DNA of 64,000 bases from Paraspadella gotoi. Lineage: Eukaryota > Animalia > Chaetognatha. The stretch's first letter is position 1. Each line of letters opens with the position of its first letter. Positions 25,667 to 37,214 of this stretch are shown here, in pieces. A program made the position numbers and the translations under genes. The DNA is taken from the NCBI GenBank assembly GCA_051294375.1, contig CM119266.1, forward strand, positions 12,375,705 through 12,439,704, read 5' to 3'. The notes under the pieces were generated by a model that saw only the letters and a program-made list of their open reading frames with translations, did not search any database and was not told the origin of the DNA.

Positions 25667-27104
25667 TGTTAATAAAAATATTAATAATAATAATAATAAT
25701 AATAATATAAATAAATGATTCTTGAGAGAAAAATTATTAATTGTAATTCTTAATTCTTAATTCTTAATTATATCGAAAGCATTTTATAGAAACCAATTCC
25801 TAATCTTAATTCTTAATTCTTAATTCTTATTTCTTAATTGTATCGAAGCGGTGCCGCGCTGTTTCGGTTCTGAGTTCTGCTTTACCACGGCGATGCGTTC
25901 CGAGATATACCGTATTCCGCTTAGTAGGTGACAACCTTGTACTAGATTTGACCACATCGCAAGAAAACGGCTATTTTTGTCATTGTCTGGTTCTAGGGTC
26001 TAGACGTCTCCCGAGACCGTCGGCCTTTTAAGAGCTTTATTTGGATCCAAAATTTATTCTCTTATCAAATTGATCAATTTGTCTGAAATTAATCTTGATT
26101 TTGTTAATTTAACTAATGGGCGTCGCAAATACACCGATCGCCCATATTCCTTTTTTTTTAAATCTATTTGATTAATTTCGTCTAACGCGTTTTATTGCGC
26201 GAAAAACCGAAAAATAAAAAATTGCTAAAATTCCGTCAAAAAAATAAAAAAAAAACAAAAAAAAACTCAGATTTTGAAACCCAAAATCGGAATTTTTGGC
26301 TTTGGTTTCTTTTTTTAGTCGTAAACCGGGGAGGAAAGGAGGAAAAGAGGAAAGGAGAAAAGTAGGAAAGGAGAAAAGGAGAAAAGGAGGAAAGGAGGAA
26401 AGAAAGAAAGGAGTTGCCAAAACAAATTCCGAAATCCAATCTCTTGTTTACTTTCCATCGTCGCGTTGGCCGATATTGTAGAGCGTAGAGAAGAAGGCTG
26501 GCGCCGGCCCCATATAACCGATGGCGGTGCCGATTTCGATATTGCAAATGGCCGGCCCAATCGACTTCGTTGCAAGCCTACCAGCCCACCTCCACGAATG
26601 CCAGAGCTGTCACGCGGAAGTATATTTTCGGAATCGGGCCGAGGTTACGTTGTACGTAATCCGATTAAATGCAACGCGGCGAAAGCCGTTCTCGCGATGT
26701 GACGCTGCGTTCTGCCACGACCGCTATAACTTGCATTAGCGATCTCCTTTAAGCAATAATAAGAAATAATATCGACGTCCAAAATCCCAATCGCTCTTTC
26801 ATCATCATCATCGTCATCGTCATCATCATCACCATCGTCATCTTCAACGCCAATCATGAGTCTCTTATTTGACACTCTCCGGCGCAGAGAGTGTCCTCTG
26901 CCGAGTTTTCGCCCAATCGCCACTTCCCCACTTCCCCCCCCCCCCCAATCCGCCATTTCTCCGATCCTGAACGCTCGCCTTCAGTTTCGACTTTTCTGTG
27001 TCAACAGCGGCGCCCTCGCATTAGGTTACGGATCTTTATAAATAACGACGACGACTTTTTGGATACAAACGACGGAGTAACGAAGGACAAAGACGATTGT
27101 AACC

Positions 27105-27295
27105 TTATGACGATGATGATGATTAGAATGATGATGACGATGATGATGATTAGAATGATGATGGCGATGATGATGATGATGATAATGATGATTATTATGA
27201 TATTTTTGACAATGACGACAATAACAATTATGATGATGATATCGACGATGATTTTAATGATCATGACGATGAAAATGATAGTGATGACGATGATA
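27105..27295. repeat. Degenerate (GAT)n microsatellite; another at ~50012-50148
   Basis: Read directly; accounts for the poly-Met and poly-Ile ORFs. Confidence 0.85.
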
Positions 27296-28828
27296 CGAAT
27301 CAAAAGAATGTCACTGTTAAAGAAAACTGTAATTAAGACTTCGTCTCAACGACGATAACGACGTTGAGCACGATGGCGACTTCATGACAACCAGGGATGT
27401 GGAGCTGGAGCTGGAGCTGGAGTCGGAGCTGCGGAGCTGGCATATTTGGCCGGAGGGCTGGAGCTGGAGCTGGAGCTGAATTTATTTTCTTTACCGGGCG
27501 GGATCTTGGAGTGGAGCGAGATTTATCTTGGCCGGAGTGACTTGGAGTCACGGAGCGGGCAAAAAAAGGCTCCAACTCCAGCTCAAGAAAATTTTGGAAA
27601 TAATAAATTTAATTAAAATTGACAAAATAATATTAATTTTTTCGAAGGAAAAAAGCTTATTAAACGTTGTCTCTTGTTTGTTCAGTATAGATTTAAAATC
27701 AAATCCAAATTATAATTTGCAATTTTGATATTAAATGTTAAGCCGTGACTTTTGGTAAAATATTTTTCCTTTAAAATTAAGCTTGAATTGCTTCAGTGAC
27801 ACATTACATTATATAATAAGTATAGTAAAAATAATAGATTTAAATTTGGTGACAAATATAAACTTAGTTAAAATTCGTAAACTATAAATAAGGAAAAAGT
27901 CTTTTAAAGTGTAACATAACATTATTTTTCAAAATGTTATTACTTTCGTTTATTATTATTATTTATTATAACTTGGCAACCTTACACTTATAACTCTAAC
28001 CTATACATTGAACATTAACTTATTTTTCCAGACAAGTGCATCATTTTAGGTTATTATATCTAATTATATAACTAATTTATGCCACTTATTTATTTAACCT
28101 TTTAGTTTATTTTATAATATATTCGCTTAACTTTTAGTTTACTTTAAATTTCATGACACTTTCATTTATTAAACTTTACGTCAAATATTCATTGGTATAT
28201 TGGTCATGGTGATTGGTTATTACGTTTTTTTACGTTAGCTCACATTTACCCAAGTCAATTATATCAAAAAGTCATACTTAACATTTTTAAATCATTTGTT
28301 CCTTTAGATTCATATGTCATTATTTAGTATGTTAGTATGTCTTTTTCAGTACTTATTATGTTTGGTTTTTTGGTTTTATTTTTGTTGCATCACGGTCAAC
28401 ATCAGTTGATAGTCTTTTTGTGTTATCATTTTTCCGTATAGCATAGCAAACATTTTTTATTGGGTCACGGTCATCATTATTGCGACATTTTATTAATTTA
28501 TTAGTGTCAATATCGTTTATAACGCCCATTTCTTGTGCTGTATGTCTTTGAATTTTTTATAAGGTCACGGATATCGTTAATGTCATTACGTCTATTTTAT
28601 ATGCTGTAGGACTTGATTATTTTATAGTATCAAAGTGAAACTTAATGTTTTTAGATCTGATAGTAGTGTGGAGTGATGAAAAGAATTTAAGCGATGGTTA
28701 ACAATATTTTTTTGCTGTCTTTTGTTATGTTAATTAAAAAAAATCATGCATTTTAAAAAATCTTTAGCATAACAGTTATAGCAATTGTATTTCTATAATA
28801 TGTTGTATTGTGCGGTATATTCACATCG

Positions 28829-29345
28829 CCTCACGTCCATCATCGTTCAGCCAAATCCCATTGGGCTCAGAGGGGGAAGATACCAAACCAGGCGTAGAGT
28901 TCCATCCACTCCTCACGACTTCCCCCTGCGTGCCAAAGCGAGACGTCCTAGGGTAACCGCCCAGTGACTGGAGGCGTCACTGAAGGTTCGGAAGCCCCAA
29001 AAGCCAACAGTGAAATGCCCATCCCAATGGGCTATCACCAGGCAACCCAGCTTGTTGCCTCAAAGTGGTGAGCCCTACTATCAAACACGGCCAACCTTTT
29101 CAGGGTCGCTTATGACAACCATTGCCCTGCCAACTTTGGGTACATTACGACAAGCCTAGGCCCTTTGGGGTTACGCTACGACAAACTCCTATGCCCCACA
29201 CCTACGCGCTTATCACTCTCTCCCTCATATAACAGGTCTGTTCAGATACTTCCAGGCTTGAGGAACTCTGAGTTGATGTTTTGGCCGGGATCTCAGTCCA
29301 TCATCACGTCCTCACGTTCATCATCGTTCAGCCCAAATCCATTGG
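28829..29345. mobile_element. ~0.5-kb GC-balanced insert bounded by a ~36-bp direct repeat; probable non-autonomous retroposon nested in the TIR element
   Basis: cctcacgtccatcatcgttcagccaaatcccattgg (28829-28864) recurs as cctcacgttcatcatcgttcagcccaaatccattgg (29310-29345). Sharp composition change against the AT-rich flanks; internal hairpins. Confidence 0.5.
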
Positions 29346-31000
29346 TTTAGTATGGACCATTTTATAGGATACCCAAATTTTTTTTTAAAAATTGAACAAA
29401 GCAAACTACTGTAGTTATACATAAAGGCAATTGTACAAAATATTTTTCCACTGATTTTTTTTTAAAAAAAGTTAATTTAAATTATATATTTTTATATATT
29501 TATTCAATATTTTATAATATTGATTATAATAATGTTTTAAATCTTTTCTTAAATGCAGAACAGTAAAAAACAACTTTTATACTTTTAGCTCAGAGCTTTT
29601 TATAATGCAATATCATTATTTTAAAATTATTTACTTACTTGTTCCTATTACTTTTTTAATTGATTTAATAATAATTTATTGAACCATTTTTGCCTGGCTT
29701 TATGATTCAATCGCTCACAACATCCAAATAAAAGAAAATTTAAAATATCAAATTAATTTAGCATATTTTATAAATTTTTTATTATTGTTAATATTTGTTT
29801 ATTTCTTTTTATTATACACTTATTTTATACAAATTAAAATTTTAAATAATTAATCTATTCAAAATATTTTTTACATAATTTTTGTAAAAAAATTTATTTT
29901 AAAGTCAAAAAGTTATCTAAAAATTAAAAAAGTGAGAAATGATGACTCATTTTAAATTGAATGTTCTGCAAAGAAAAATTCATAAAATTGAATTCGAATA
30001 TAGTATCATAAAATGCGTAAGAAACTTATCTTTGACATTGTATCTCAGAATACATTTAATACAAAGTTCCGCCACAATATGTAAAAGTTAACCGACAGTT
30101 ACCATTGGACACACTGTAGTTACTACTTCAGAGAGTTAAAAAGTTGAGAATTTTTGACCTCTTTTTCCAATTTTGGACACTTAATACAAAAAAATTTATG
30201 ATAACGTTTTATATTTTATTGGTCTAATTTTTTTATGAAAAATCTGAAACCATTAATAAAAATTAAGAAAATTTATTTATAAAGGTTAATACTTATTAAA
30301 TACTATTGCATGCCATAAATACACGGGCTAAGAAAGTATTTAGTAATACTTGGCAGCAGACTGGTAAGTCATTCACTAAATGCTTCTGGTGCATGTGTTT
30401 CATACTTGTGTAGTCAGTTGACACATCTGTCATATAGTGAGGCTGAACCCCGAACATCAGTATATTCTTGACGTCTGGTTGTTATGTAATGAAAACTTTT
30501 GCACAGTAGTGTCAACCATAAAACTTTTTTTTAATAATTTTCTAATCATGTGATCATATCGCGAAATACACAGAAAAAGGAGAAAGTCACTGTGGCGCAA
30601 AAACATTGGATGTACCGATTCTTGTTTTGTTTTATGCAACAATTTTATTTTAGAAAGGAAATTTTTTAAACTTTAGATGTAAGTCTTCATTTAGCGCAAA
30701 AAATTAATAAATCATTTGTGAAAATTTTTACAAAGTATAAGGTTTGCGTGTGCTGAAACGTGGACAAGAGGGAGAGAGATAGAGGTTTCCAAAAAAAAGA
30801 AAATAACAGGTGGGAGGTTAAGAGTGTGTGTGAATAAGTACTAAAAAGTGAGGGATATTGAAAGAAAGGATAGTTGAGATAAGTTAATATATATTTAACA
30901 ATTTAAGTTTGCAAAATTATCATTTTAAATAAAAATTTAAAAAGTTGTAACAATGAACTACATTAAGAGAGAAAGTTAGATAAAAAATAAGAGAAGAAAG

Positions 31001-31335
31001 AGCTTGGCCCCCGCTTCTGGACAAAGGAAAGCAGTGACGATGTTATACGGGTCATTGGCATGTCATAGGTCATTTGGATCTTTGAGTTCCCAGACTTTAT
31101 GGACCTCGTCATTTTAGGGTCGGGGCATAAGATCCTCTTTTGGAAAAATGCCTCGGATCTTTCATCTGACCTGATATGTCTGCCGGCTGCCCTCTTCTTG
31201 CCTTAGACAAGGCGGGCTAAAGTTCTGTCCTTGGTCCTTGGCATTGGGAGTGCAGACCTTACCCTTCCTCTAACTGTAGCCGCCTTATTATGTCAGGTCG
31301 GTGGGTCAGTTGGTCAAGGTAAGGGTAAGGTAAAG
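31001..31335 (+). mobile_element. SINE-like insert with short (AAGGT)n 3' tail, nested in the TIR element
   Basis: GC-balanced ~330-bp island in AT-rich DNA ending ggtcaaggtaagggtaaggtaaag, a tandem-repeat tail typical of LINE-mobilised SINEs. Confidence 0.45.
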
Positions 31336-31997
31336 ACCTTAAACGATGCATAAGTATCTACTTTTCATGATCACCTTAAAAAGGTGATCACATGACACAG
31401 AATTCAATGCAGCATAACTCATGAAATACTGAGCCTTAAACTAGATAGTAAAATCCTGATAAATAATGTCTACATTTAAGTACAATTGTTCTCATACATA
31501 AATATTAAAAAATACATTAATTATATAATAAATGAATTAATCAAATTATTTCATACATGAATTAATTAAATTATTATATTTTAAATTATAAGCAAATAGA
31601 TAAGTTATCATAAGTAAATTTCATTTAAAATTTAGGTCTAATTAGATATAAGCAACATTAAATCAATTAAAACTTTAAAGGTCGGAGCTGGGAGCCGGAG
31701 CGGATCTGGAGCCTGTCTCAAAATTTTTTAGTGGAGCTGAGCTGGAGTCGGAGCTGGAAAAAAATTTTTTAGGATGGAGCCGCGAGTTGGAGCTGGAGCT
31801 GAAAAATTTTTTGGCCGGACAGGAGTGAGTTGGAGCTGGAGCTGTGAGAAAAAATGGCCCAGCTCCACAACCCTGATTTTGGCAACGAAGCTGACGGCGA
31901 CCGATTGATTTTTTTGTACGGGCTCGCTCTTCTCATGTTGGAACGCGCTGCGTTTTGAGCCGTGTTCCGGAATTCCCTTTCCAATTATTCATGCTAA

Positions 31998-32038
<41 letters not shown>

Positions 32039-32437
32039 CTTCTCTCTCTCTCTCTCTCTCTCTCTTCACGCACAATACCACCTGTTTTCCGACTCTCTCC
32101 GTCCATTATAGATGCGTTACCGACTCAAGTTTTTCCATGAACTCTTTTTCTCTTCCGCTCGCCTCATTTAAAGTTTCCATTATACCCCCTCCCCCCACTT
32201 CGCTCCGTTCCCGTCGCTCGCTCCCGCAATTACCCTGGACTGTTCCCGCGCGATACAGTATATTAATACGCGGCAATCTTTCGCTCTATCTCTCTCTCTC
32301 TCTTCTCTCTTCTTTTCTCTCTCTCTCATCTCTCTCTCTCTCTCTCTCTCTAACTACTCGCTCTCTCTCCTCTCTCTCTCTCTTCTCTTTCTTCTCTCTC
32401 TCTTCTCTCTCTCTCTCTCTCACTCTCTCTCTCCTCT

Positions 32438-32487
<50 letters not shown>

Positions 32488-33332
32488 AACTACTCGTCTC
32501 TCTCTTCCATCTCTCTCATCATCTCCATCTCTCCTCTCTCTTCCTCTCTCTCTCAAACAGAGTTTCTTTTAATTCCATCTCCAGACGCGACGGTGCCCTA
32601 TTAACCTTACCTTTTGCTTTTTTTGGTTTCGCCAATCGTGAAAGGCCAAAAAAAATATTCGCAATGAAAAGGTCTCTCACACTCTCGGGCCCACTTCCAT
32701 TCACCACTATGTCGCCACCTCGTGATCACGGCCTAAAACCAACCTCACCCGACCTACTTTTTCACGGTAGATTTTATTTCTCGCCTTCCCCCGGGCGGCT
32801 TGGGTCGCCCGCGGCGCTATTCCGCGTTTAGCGTCGCTTTTAAAGTTTCTTCTTTTCTCTTTCTTGAGATTTATTTCTGAATTCGGCGGTTCGCCCTTAA
32901 CCTTAACCCCTTCGCGTTTACCTTCCCGGGTCTGTCGCTTCGAATGGTCTCGGGGTTTCGCTTCTCGGCTTCCTTGTTTGTCGACCACACGAGGTACTTA
33001 CCCGCCACCCGTTCCATTAATTACCCAACGATCCGGGTTACCCCGATTTGATTCTGCGACGACCCTGAGACCTCAGATTAAATCCTTCTCTGTCCGTCCA
33101 TTTCCTTCGATACTAATGCCTTTCAAAATCCAACCCCTTGATTGCCCTTTCCCCTATTATCACCCCCCTTCCACCCACCTACCCTCGCCACTTCCCACTC
33201 TCCCCCCCATCAACTTTACCCTTACTCGATCGTCCTTCTGGTCGACCTTTTCTTTCCTTCGACACCTCAAGAGAAAGTGGCGAAATTCTCTTCGGCCTCT
33301 AGTCGAATTCGTGAGAGTCCAAACTTTCCTCT

Positions 33333-33370
<38 letters not shown>

Positions 33371-33377
33371 TCTCTCG

Positions 33378-33413
<36 letters not shown>

Positions 33414-33979
33414 CCTCTTTCTCTCTCTCTGATGGGTCTCTCATCCCTTCTATTTTCGTGAGAAGTACAAAACAGTCGCACTTCACGACAGAGACTGGCC
33501 AAACTACAGTAACGCAAAACACACATCCATTCATGAATTCACATTCATTCATTCAATTCATTCAATTCATGCAATTTTTTTCAAAAACGCGCAGCGGCAT
33601 GGCACCTTCTGGTTTTTAAAACTCCTAAGAATTCCTTGTTGTCTCCCTATTCCCAAATTCCATCTACCGGAACTCAGTTTTGTAACTGAACATGAGAAAA
33701 TGCCCACAACTCCATCCTAAACGCCAAACGTCGGTTTCTCTTCTCTCTCTCTCTGCCTCCGGGTTTCCGCTTACCAATATTCGCCCCCGAGTTTTTTCTC
33801 GCCGAGCATGTTGGCGACAGAAACGATGAAGGCGGCGACTAAACAGTCGAGGCGCAGCGTGGCGGACCGCGATGCGCGGGGGCCACGCATGCGTCGGCAT
33901 CTCGTCGACTTTGGCGCGTTTGAAAAATTAAAAGCCGAAGCGAAAATCAGATATTAAGATTTCGATTCTCTCTCTCTCT

Positions 33980-34010
<31 letters not shown>

Positions 34011-34679
34011 GCTTTCATTCGTCTTCTGTCGTTCAATTTTTTGTGCGTTTTCTAATAAAATTTTCGTATGGGTGCCAAAGTGGTAAACTTTATCGTCTGC
34101 TGTTATTTTATAATTCGTCTCTCTCTCTTTTCCTTTAATTCTGTTTACTATTTAAACCGACAAAATGGCGGGCGGACGAACAATTGAACAATTTTTGTTT
34201 TTTTTCTTTTTTCTACGCGTTATCGCACGACGTGGTGTTTCGCCTCTAAAACGAGAAAAAAAAATAAAAGAATAAAAAAATAAAAATAGAAATTGAATAA
34301 ATAAAGAGAGAAAACAGAAAAAAATGATTTTGTTTTGCGCTGAGACCTCTCACACTTCAAAGTCACTCGCGGCGGTTTCTCTCTATCTCTGTCTCTCTCT
34401 TTTCTCCTTTCGCCTCTCCCTCTTTTCCTTTTTCGTCCTCCCTTTCCCTCTGTCTCCATTCTCGAGTGCTATTTTTAAGCGGAATATAAAGGAAAAGAAA
34501 ATAATAAAAAGAAACATTAGAATGTAAGGAGGGATTTCTTGAAGGAACTTAAACCTAGTATGATATATATAACTTCACCTAATTGAAACCGCTGAAATTA
34601 TCAATAAAAGAATAAGCTATTTTTAGTGAAGATATTAATGGAGTCTAACAGTAAAAGACGAAATGAAAGAAATTTCCTA

Positions 34680-36260
34680 TTATGTTATTTATTTCCTAAA
34701 ATGCAATAAAAGTTCCTACAAAAACAAAAGATACATAGCTGGCTCTAAATATGTTCTCTCAAGGCATATCTAAACATTTTTCGAAATGGGTTTAAAGCAA
34801 TGCTAAATCATCTTAAAGTATACTACCGAAGTAGTTTTTCAAAGATCTGGAATAAAACATTACTGAGATTAATTGATAATTCTTTGAAGTTTTTGGATAA
34901 AATTTCTCCAATTAAAAAACAGATTTCTAGAAAAATATGATTTTTTCAACATTATACATCACTTCCTCATTATGAAATAAGGAGTAAGCTAAATATTTAT
35001 TCAGACAATTTTTTCTAGGGAAAATAGAACATATATAAATGTAAATCATTAATAAATAGCATATTTTTCACAATACTAAGAATAAAGGTTATTTCTTTTA
35101 ATGAAAAAGATTTAAATATTGTCCTCAACTTTATTTTAATAATGTTATTGTTCAAATTTGGCTCCCTATATATAAAAAACATTAGGAATACCAATTGACA
35201 TATCTGGTCAAGATATTCTAATATGTGGGTTATTTTATTTTTGAATCAACATATATGGAAAATATGACAAAAAATAATTTAGGAATCGCTAGACATTTTA
35301 AAAATTGCTCAAGATATATTGATACCTTTTTTTCAGCCGATTTTAAGGATTTTAAAATACATCTTGCCAACATAATATCCAGCAGCACTTACTGTCAATA
35401 AATCAATAGTACAGATAAAAATTTAGATTATTTAGACATAAACATAAATCAGAAAACAAAAATCTTACTCTGTCTGTTTATTGATAAAGGGATTCCTTTT
35501 CTTTTGAAGTAGTAATTACCATATAGGACAGTTGGGTATTCCTAAAAATAGCGCACTAGTGTATTTATTAAGCCCCAATTATAAGATATGCAGAATATGT
35601 TCGACGTTTACAGATTTTTCTTCAGAAGCTATAAATAAGCCAAAAAACTACAAAGTCAGGTTATATATTTAATGGACTTAAGAAAAATGGGAATTAAATT
35701 TTTCAATAATTATTAGGAGCTAATAAAAAAAATAATATGTTACTGATGTTAATCTATTTTCAAAAAGATTATACATGATAGTTCCTAATAAAATGATAAA
35801 GGAAAAAATAACCAAAAGTAAACCATCTTAAATAATAATTATAATAATAACATCAACAATATTATTTAATAACCTATTTAACTTATTTAACTCTCTGATT
35901 CTAATTTATTTTTTAATTTTACCAATTAACTAATGTTAACTTTACTTAACATACCCTTAATTATTAACTTATTATTAAACTAATTATTTAACTTATTTTT
36001 TATTTATTTAACAAATTACAAATTATTTACAAAACCTGAATAAAAATTTCTTCTTAAAATTAATAATGCTGTTGACCAGGGTTTGCGTCTGTTCAGATAA
36101 ACATTCAAGATATACATTAAATATAAGATAAGCAACAATGAAGTATCACCATTTCGGTGATGGCTCCCTAACCTGGATAATGGATTAAAAGCCGAAGTAA
36201 TCTATAGGTATGATAGGTTCCACAACTGATGACCTTCCCGATGTATAAAAAATAAATAAA
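34680..36260 (+). mobile_element. Decayed Penelope-like element (PLE) reverse transcriptase with 3' terminus
   Basis: Frameshifted motifs in the order expected for a PLE RT: FPKM..K.RYIAGSK (~34690-34750), YDFSTLYTSLPH (~34935-34970), F.FG...Y...LGIP (~35150-35195), RYID (~35312), YLDINI (~35428), and DK.DSFSFEVV.Y...IPK...QIIRYARICS (~35480-35605). Ends in an A-rich tail at ~36245-36275. Confidence 0.7.
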
Positions 36261-37098
36261 AAATATTCAAAAAAGGAATAATTATTAGTAAACAGTAGTT
36301 ATAAAGAAAAAAAGATATTTTAATTTTAAAATTATATTTCATGACATAAAGGTGCCCCATAAGACCTTTCCCCGATGTATCCCTATCAGAAACATCATCT
36401 ACATGGTAGTCTTATCCCTATTAGTAAAAAAAAATCCATATATAACTTTGATCACCCCTCAAAAAATTATCCATTCCCACCCTTTCTGTTCAGCCTCTTA
36501 AGATATTATGATTTTTCATTAATGACTTTCTAACAGAAATGAATGTGTAATATCTATTAGAAAACTAGGACAGATAGTAATCTAACTGTGTTGTTATAGA
36601 TGCTCCCTCTATTTCCAGAGACAACACTGACTTCCCCTTCCCAAATTGATATTTAGATAAATAAAACATTTTTAAGAAAGAAAGCCAATATATATTTGAT
36701 TAAATAATAAGATTAAATACTAAATCCTTCATAAAATATAAAAATAGAAAATAGTGAAACAAGTAATTTGCAAATTTTCATATAATAATTTCTGCATATC
36801 AATTTACACTACTATGGTAAATTATGAAACGGAACCAAAACCATTGGAATTTTTACAACTTTTAGCGTTCTGTTAATGATAGTTTTAGTCCCGAGCCAAT
36901 GCTACAATTTAACTAAAAACGACCCAACAAAAATAACAACCGACAAGCTGCAAGAACAACGACGAAAAGTCTCAATAAAGATGGCGCCAGGCGCCACCCT
37001 CAACCTCTTTTTCAATTTTCCCCAAAACCTCTACTCTGAAGGCAGACAGAAAAACGATGGGAAACCATGAAATCTATGAATCGTCGATTTTGTTTTTA

Positions 37099-37214
<116 letters not shown>

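Larger units (their letters stand above)
27392..31875. mobile_element. Non-autonomous hAT-like DNA transposon (~4.5 kb) with 17-bp TIRs and GGAGCT subterminal arrays
   Basis: Left end cagggatgtggagctgg (27392-27408); right end ccagctccacaaccctg (31859-31875), whose reverse complement cagggttgtggagctgg differs by 1 nt. Dense GGAGCT/GGAGTC hexamers at 27400-27585 and 31681-31860. CAGGG termini are typical of hAT. The interior is AT-rich with no intact transposase ORF. The 8-bp TSD is not clean (atgacaac vs attttggc). Confidence 0.75.

Noticed and set aside
27400-27585. GGAGCT arrays as a CRISPR array or a Gly-Ala coding repeat
   Set aside because: No unique spacers, eukaryotic context, and the arrays recur at the other end next to a matching TIR.
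32864-33619. 251-aa plus-strand ORF
   Set aside because: Low-complexity, pyrimidine-rich, runs through (CT)n; no homology or splice support.
36220-36250. CTGATGA near the PLE 3' end as a hammerhead core
   Set aside because: No stem II or GAAA follows at a suitable distance.
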